A stretch of 39,369 nt of DNA from Methanobacteriota archaeon (GTDB taxonomy: Archaea; Thermoplasmatota; Poseidoniia; Poseidoniales; Thalassarchaeaceae): positions 984 to 40,352 of the forward strand of contig PBMO01000016.1 of NCBI GenBank assembly GCA_002722595.1. The letters are read 5' to 3'. This document shows positions 34,849 to 39,369 of the stretch, in pieces. Within the stretch, counting starts at the first letter, position 1. Every line of letters starts with the position of its first letter. The notes under the pieces were generated by a model. That model saw nothing but the letters and a program-made list of their open reading frames with translations, had not been told where the DNA came from and searched no databases. The translations under genes were made by a program, and so were the position numbers.

Positions 34849-36003
34849 ATGCCGATGCCATTGGAACCTCCCGCCTTCGATGACCAGGTCATCACAGCGC
34901 GTTATCCATTCCTCCCACAGGCAAAATCAGCCATCCGTTCACACATGGAAATGAACAACATAGAATTTGATGCATTGGTTGAAATGGATTGGCTCGAGGC
35001 CGTTCGTGTAAGGGCCCGAGTGCGATTGGTAGAGTCTATTGTGAATAAGGAAATTGACTCAACCCAGTCAATCGATATACACACACCATATGGGCAGATG
35101 ATTGAATGTCTTTCATTTCTCTATGCGATGGTTACAGTCTGTGCATCATTTGATGAGAGATTACTCGCAAGGTGGGCAGAAGGAGAATCCAGTCGTGCAG
35201 ATCAACTATGGGGCACCATAGAAACAAGCACATCTTTTGAGAACCTTGCCAGAACGTATATCGCAGATATTCGTCTCAATAATAGTGGTCACTGGGAAAT
35301 ACCAATGATTGACTTCATTGAAATTTGTCCAAAGATTAGCGGTTCCTACTGGCGTCTTCCAAACCGTCCAGTTAGTAATGGCTGGGTCACCCTGTCGCCA
35401 AGTAAGAGTGAGAATAGTCAGGAACGATTATCTCGACTGATTAAGGAGAGGATTCGCGAACAACTCATCACTGATTGTCGACAAAGGATGGAAATTATGG
35501 ACGAGGAGTTTGCTGGTAAAATGGCAGAAGAAGTCGGCAGAATCCTTGGTCTATTACAACATCAAGCAAGTAGTGAAGTGTCATTCACATCTGCAGATGA
35601 AGAAGATTGGCCACCTTGTATGCGCGAGATCACAACTCAATTAGCTCAATCGGTTAACGTCAATCATGTAGGGCGCGTATTCCTTGCAAGCATATCCAGA
35701 GTCATCGGTTTATCAGTAGAGGAAGCTCAATCTTTCTTCGCTAGTGCACCAGATTATTCTGCTGAAACAACATTGTATCAACTGAACCATGTCTATGAAC
35801 ACGAATACACTCCTGCTGGTTGTCCTAAATTACAGATAAATGCTTGCTGTCCAGTATCAAGAGGAGATGTTCATTCTTCACTTTGTAATCAAGAGTGGAT
35901 GGATCATCCACTGAAGTATCTGAGGGCAAGACAGAGGTCGAAACATCGCGAGGAGCAAGAGAAGAAATCAACTGCTGTTGACAGTAATCAGACACCCCAA
36001 TAA
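34849..36003 (+). CDS. priL: DNA primase large subunit
   Basis: ARYPFL, VSNGWV, WPPCM, HVGRVFLA, APDYSAETTLYQLNHV, YTPAGC...C...HPLKY. Confidence 0.92.
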   Translation: MPMPLEPPAFDDQVITARYPFLPQAKSAIRSHMEMNNIEFDALVEMDWLEAVRVRARVRLVESIVNKEIDSTQSIDIHTPYGQMIECLSFLYAMVTVCASFDERLLARWAEGESSRADQLWGTIETSTSFENLARTYIADIRLNNSGHWEIPMIDFIEICPKISGSYWRLPNRPVSNGWVTLSPSKSENSQERLSRLIKERIREQLITDCRQRMEIMDEEFAGKMAEEVGRILGLLQHQASSEVSFTSADEEDWPPCMREITTQLAQSVNVNHVGRVFLASISRVIGLSVEEAQSFFASAPDYSAETTLYQLNHVYEHEYTPAGCPKLQINACCPVSRGDVHSSLCNQEWMDHPLKYLRARQRSKHREEQEKKSTAVDSNQTPQ

Positions 36004-37130
36004 CGGCCAGTGTCCTGCTTCGATTCCCACGAATGAACCACTGTTCTGACTGCCCAAAAGAGGAATATCGCCAATAGTGTTTGACCCCAATCATCCATTA
36101 TTGTTGGGACATCATACTCATATCCGACACCTTCTGTAATTCTTATGGCCACTTCAAGTGCGGATTTCGAGATAGTCCACAAAACAGCCCCGAATGTAAC
36201 TACAATGATCGACCGGCCAGTAAATTTGCCCTTCTTCAACCGCAATACAATCAGTGACAATGCAAATGAAAGCGCAGCTAACACAATCCAATTCAATGAC
36301 ATTTGTAATACTGTCAGTGCGATGGTGATATCGCTCCCAACCCGCTCAGGAACAGTTCCCTGAAATTCGCCATATGTCGAAAAACCTTCGACGATTGCTA
36401 ACAACACAGCGACACCGGTAACCGCCCACAACAGTGAGGAAAGAATTGCAGCATCTGCGGATTCTCGCATATCTCGCATTAGTCTCTCTAATCTATCCTC
36501 GGCACCAAGTCCCTTGAATAGAAGATAAATCCCGAGTAGAAGTGGCATTGCCCCAATTAGCACACCACCATTCGGTAATATCATTCCCAGACCAAGAATC
36601 ATCATTGTAATGGCTAGAGGAACTAGTAATCGTGCCCTCCATCGAGGATCTTCAATTGCTTTGACAATGTAGTAGTATGTACCTTCGATACCTTTGGATT
36701 GTCTAACGATTATTTTCTCGACATGATCGATTGATAGACGACTAGTCAAAATTGGTAAAACCGATTCATCTTCCATACCATCAGTTACAAGGATACCCCT
36801 ATCTGGTTGAAATTCGGAGATAACATCCTCGAATTGTTGAGCAATATTCCTATCTGATTTTACCCCAACTCGTTCATCACCAGTTAGAATAACAATTTCA
36901 ACCTCATCTTTTGGCTCTAAATTTTCTGCCAATAAATCATGTTGATGTAAGGCACCAAGGATTGCATTGGTGTCACTTTCCTCTGGATCAGCAATGCCTA
37001 AACGCAGTGCTGCGGTCAATACGTTGCGTCTCCCAACAACACTGCCTCTGATTCCAGCCTTGACTCCCAAGTCATTGTCACGATCGACCGTAATAACCAG
37101 AGTTCGGACCACTTTCAACACCTCCCGCAA
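35988..37130 (-). CDS. DUF373 family archaeal membrane protein
   Basis: LVITVDRDNDLGVKAG, DPEESDTN, VTDGMEDE, IVRQSKGIEGTYY, multiple TMs. Confidence 0.88.
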   Translation of the reverse strand: MREVLKVVRTLVITVDRDNDLGVKAGIRGSVVGRRNVLTAALRLGIADPEESDTNAILGALHQHDLLAENLEPKDEVEIVILTGDERVGVKSDRNIAQQFEDVISEFQPDRGILVTDGMEDESVLPILTSRLSIDHVEKIIVRQSKGIEGTYYYIVKAIEDPRWRARLLVPLAITMMILGLGMILPNGGVLIGAMPLLLGIYLLFKGLGAEDRLERLMRDMRESADAAILSSLLWAVTGVAVLLAIVEGFSTYGEFQGTVPERVGSDITIALTVLQMSLNWIVLAALSFALSLIVLRLKKGKFTGRSIIVVTFGAVLWTISKSALEVAIRITEGVGYEYDVPTIMDDWGQTLLAIFLFWAVRTVVHSWESKQDTGRYWGV

Positions 37131-37180
37131 CAGTAAGCGGGGTGCAACATTGATTTCAATGATTGGACAAATTGCCCTAA

Positions 37181-37579
37181 TTACGCCTCAAAAGTAGTTT
37201 CAGCCATACAACTTGGACATGTAACCTTGATTGGGCGCACTGACGGTATCCCAAGTGCGGAATGACACATTGGACACATTACAGCCTGTTCAATCTGTGA
37301 TTGGCGCGCCCTCCCTTCTCTACTGGGGTCGTAAGACGGACGGTATCTTGATGCATCTTGGATATAATCAGCCTTCGCAGTACTCGCAATAGATTGACTT
37401 GTTTGAGTTTGAACGGATTGGCCTGCTGGCGCACCAGCTTTCCAAGCATTGAATTGAGATTCGACTTCTGCTGCTGTCATACGGTAATCACTACCAATCC
37501 GGCCAAAAGCCAACATACGGTCGTAATCATCCATTGAATCGAGTTTCTCAAGCACATCAATCGGCAGCATCTCACTCAA
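37181..37579 (-). CDS. Small protein with C-terminal zinc ribbon
   Basis: CPMC-x15-CPSC. Confidence 0.75.
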   Translation of the reverse strand: MSEMLPIDVLEKLDSMDDYDRMLAFGRIGSDYRMTAAEVESQFNAWKAGAPAGQSVQTQTSQSIASTAKADYIQDASRYRPSYDPSREGRARQSQIEQAVMCPMCHSALGIPSVRPIKVTCPSCMAETTFEA

Positions 37580-37611
37580 CCCGTTGGTATCAACCCTTCA
37601 CTTAGAAATTT

Positions 37612-39270
37612 TCACTGCTTGTTTGTAGACAATTGTTCTGAAAGAACTTGAGAAATTGCATTAATCAATTGGTCACCATTTCTGTTGATGCCCTCTGAAA
37701 AACGAACAGTAATCGATGTTTTAGCTTCTGTTCCAGAATTACGAACGGCAATAGTAATTGGTAAATTTTCCAAACACCCTTCGAGGAAAAGTAGTGATGT
37801 TTCACCCGCTATTTCGACTCTATTTAGTTCACATCCACACCAATCTTGAGCAATATTTTGCACCATTTGTGATAATTGATTCTTACCATCCCAAAGACTC
37901 CGATTACTCGGTTTAATTGAGGTTCTATTTTTCCATCCCGATGAAAAATTTGAATCAGAATCAACATTATCCAACAATTGTTTAGCAAGTAGATAGGCAA
38001 TCATTGTAGCCGCACCATCTCCAACCAGCCCCCAAGTATTTTCATCACCAGGAACTCTCATTGGAAGTATAATGTGGCCGGAATCTTCAGTTCCGATTAA
38101 CGCTGGAAAAGAACTGGACTTTGTCAATTCCATGCCACCATTGTTGCATAATGCCGCAGACAACCATCGATCTCCAACAGCCGTTGTCATGCCAACATGG
38201 GGGCCATTAGGCAGGTGCTCTAGATTGTTGAATAAGCCTAGGTCACTCTCAATACTCGCAGCAATTTTCCAATGCTTTTGTGTAGAAATGATACCAGCAC
38301 GTAAGATGACATCTGAGATATGGTCACCATCGACAACATGTACACCTTCTTTATCTGCCATCAGGAAGAGGCATCTGTCTCCATCTCCATCAAGTGCTGC
38401 AGCGATAATTTCTCCATCGGACCAAGGTATATCGCCTCCAAAATCTCTGAGATAATTGCATATTGCATCAATGACCCTATGTTCGGATTCTAACATGGTC
38501 AACTCATCCCATGTCCATTTGTCAAGTGGCGATAATTCACCCGCACCACAATTGTGGTTTATTGGTTCAAAAGAACTGCTAACTTCTATTGTTGATAGCC
38601 CCCATTCATCCATATCTCTAGCCAACCATTGACTTGCCGAACCACCTGAAGAATCGAGAATTAAATTCATACCTAAATCACTCAATTTTGTGTTGAATAA
38701 CATTTCAAAATTTTCCATTCGATCTCGCAAATTTGTTCTGTATAATTCCAACCCATTGATTGTCTCTAAACGCTCTCCAGACATTTCAGGTGTGGCGATA
38801 CTACCATCTGCTAAATCCCAGGCCAATTGAGAAATTTTGTCTTCATCATTTGGCATCGATTTGAATCCATCCCCGTCGAATAGTTTGACCCCCGAATCAT
38901 GTGCAGGGTTGTGACTGGCAGTGATCATCATCCCTGCGTCAGCAGCACTGGCCAATATCGTATAGTGCAATCCAGGTGTGGGCAACTCTCCAACACGTAT
39001 AGTGCGACATCCAGATGCATTCAAACCAGATTCTAATGAGTCAACTAGAGTTGCATTCCCATCCCTTCGGTCCCATCCAATTGTGACTAAGGGTTGTTCT
39101 CCAACCTTGTCATTTAGATATATTCCAGTTGCTTCTCCAATTATCCGCATCGACCTTGGACTCAAAATTCGGTCAGTTACTAGGGCGATTAATGCCGCTT
39201 CGTCATCCCCTTCAAAATTCGAGATTCGTCCACGGATTCCATCCGTACCATGTAATCTCGAACGATTCAT
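37612..39270 (-). CDS. glmM: Phosphohexomutase, probably phosphoglucosamine mutase
   Basis: HGTDGIRG, ITASHNP, LDGDGDR, VGDRW, GTEDSGH, VRNSGTE; follows a GlmU-like gene. Confidence 0.8.
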   Translation of the reverse strand: MNRSRLHGTDGIRGRISNFEGDDEAALIALVTDRILSPRSMRIIGEATGIYLNDKVGEQPLVTIGWDRRDGNATLVDSLESGLNASGCRTIRVGELPTPGLHYTILASAADAGMMITASHNPAHDSGVKLFDGDGFKSMPNDEDKISQLAWDLADGSIATPEMSGERLETINGLELYRTNLRDRMENFEMLFNTKLSDLGMNLILDSSGGSASQWLARDMDEWGLSTIEVSSSFEPINHNCGAGELSPLDKWTWDELTMLESEHRVIDAICNYLRDFGGDIPWSDGEIIAAALDGDGDRCLFLMADKEGVHVVDGDHISDVILRAGIISTQKHWKIAASIESDLGLFNNLEHLPNGPHVGMTTAVGDRWLSAALCNNGGMELTKSSSFPALIGTEDSGHIILPMRVPGDENTWGLVGDGAATMIAYLLAKQLLDNVDSDSNFSSGWKNRTSIKPSNRSLWDGKNQLSQMVQNIAQDWCGCELNRVEIAGETSLLFLEGCLENLPITIAVRNSGTEAKTSITVRFSEGINRNGDQLINAISQVLSEQLSTNKQ

Positions 39271-39273
39271 GGC

Positions 39274-39369
39274 TTAACCCCTAAGTGTACTTTCGTTTTC
39301 ATGCCCGCCACTGACAGTTACATTTGGCCATACATGACAATTTTTCCCAAGGATAGTACCTGGGTTACA
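39274..39369 (-). CDS. C-terminal fragment of GlmU-like sugar-phosphate nucleotidyl/acetyltransferase (truncated by window edge)
   Basis: Reverse strand reads CNPGTILGKNCHVWPNVTVSGGHENESTLRG*, a hexapeptide left-handed beta-helix tail; stop 3 nt before glmM. Confidence 0.65.
   Translation of the reverse strand, partial: CNPGTILGKNCHVWPNVTVSGGHENESTLRG

Overview
Gene-dense archaeal window, most consistent with a marine Thermoplasmatota such as Marine Group II / Ca. Poseidoniales. Evidence: PolD large subunit, PriL, archaeal phosphopantothenate synthetase, MptE, Pcc1, acidic secreted proteins, tandem CocE/NonD hydrolases and apparently leaderless genes; the taxon itself is inferred. About 33 protein genes cover housekeeping, cofactor and peptide-utilisation functions. 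The standout is a ~1.45-kb gap (24538-25995) with no credible protein gene. It reads as a giant, highly structured + strand RNA (~24657-25930): an archaeal promoter-like motif, a dense run of GNRA/UNCG/CUUG-capped helices, a helix joining its two ends, and a tandemly duplicated ~246-nt domain whose differences almost all preserve base-pairing. I cannot match it to rRNA, tRNA, RNase P, SRP, CRISPR or a self-splicing intron. Other notable items are a fumarase fused to a ribbon-helix-helix domain with a palindrome over its promoter, a 912-aa ZnuA-type protein packed with His/Asp tracts, EF-hands and a DUF4430-like domain opposite a Cys-substituted NikR-like regulator, and an unannotated 40-aa membrane ORF. 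All calls are by eye; no searches or folding programs were run.
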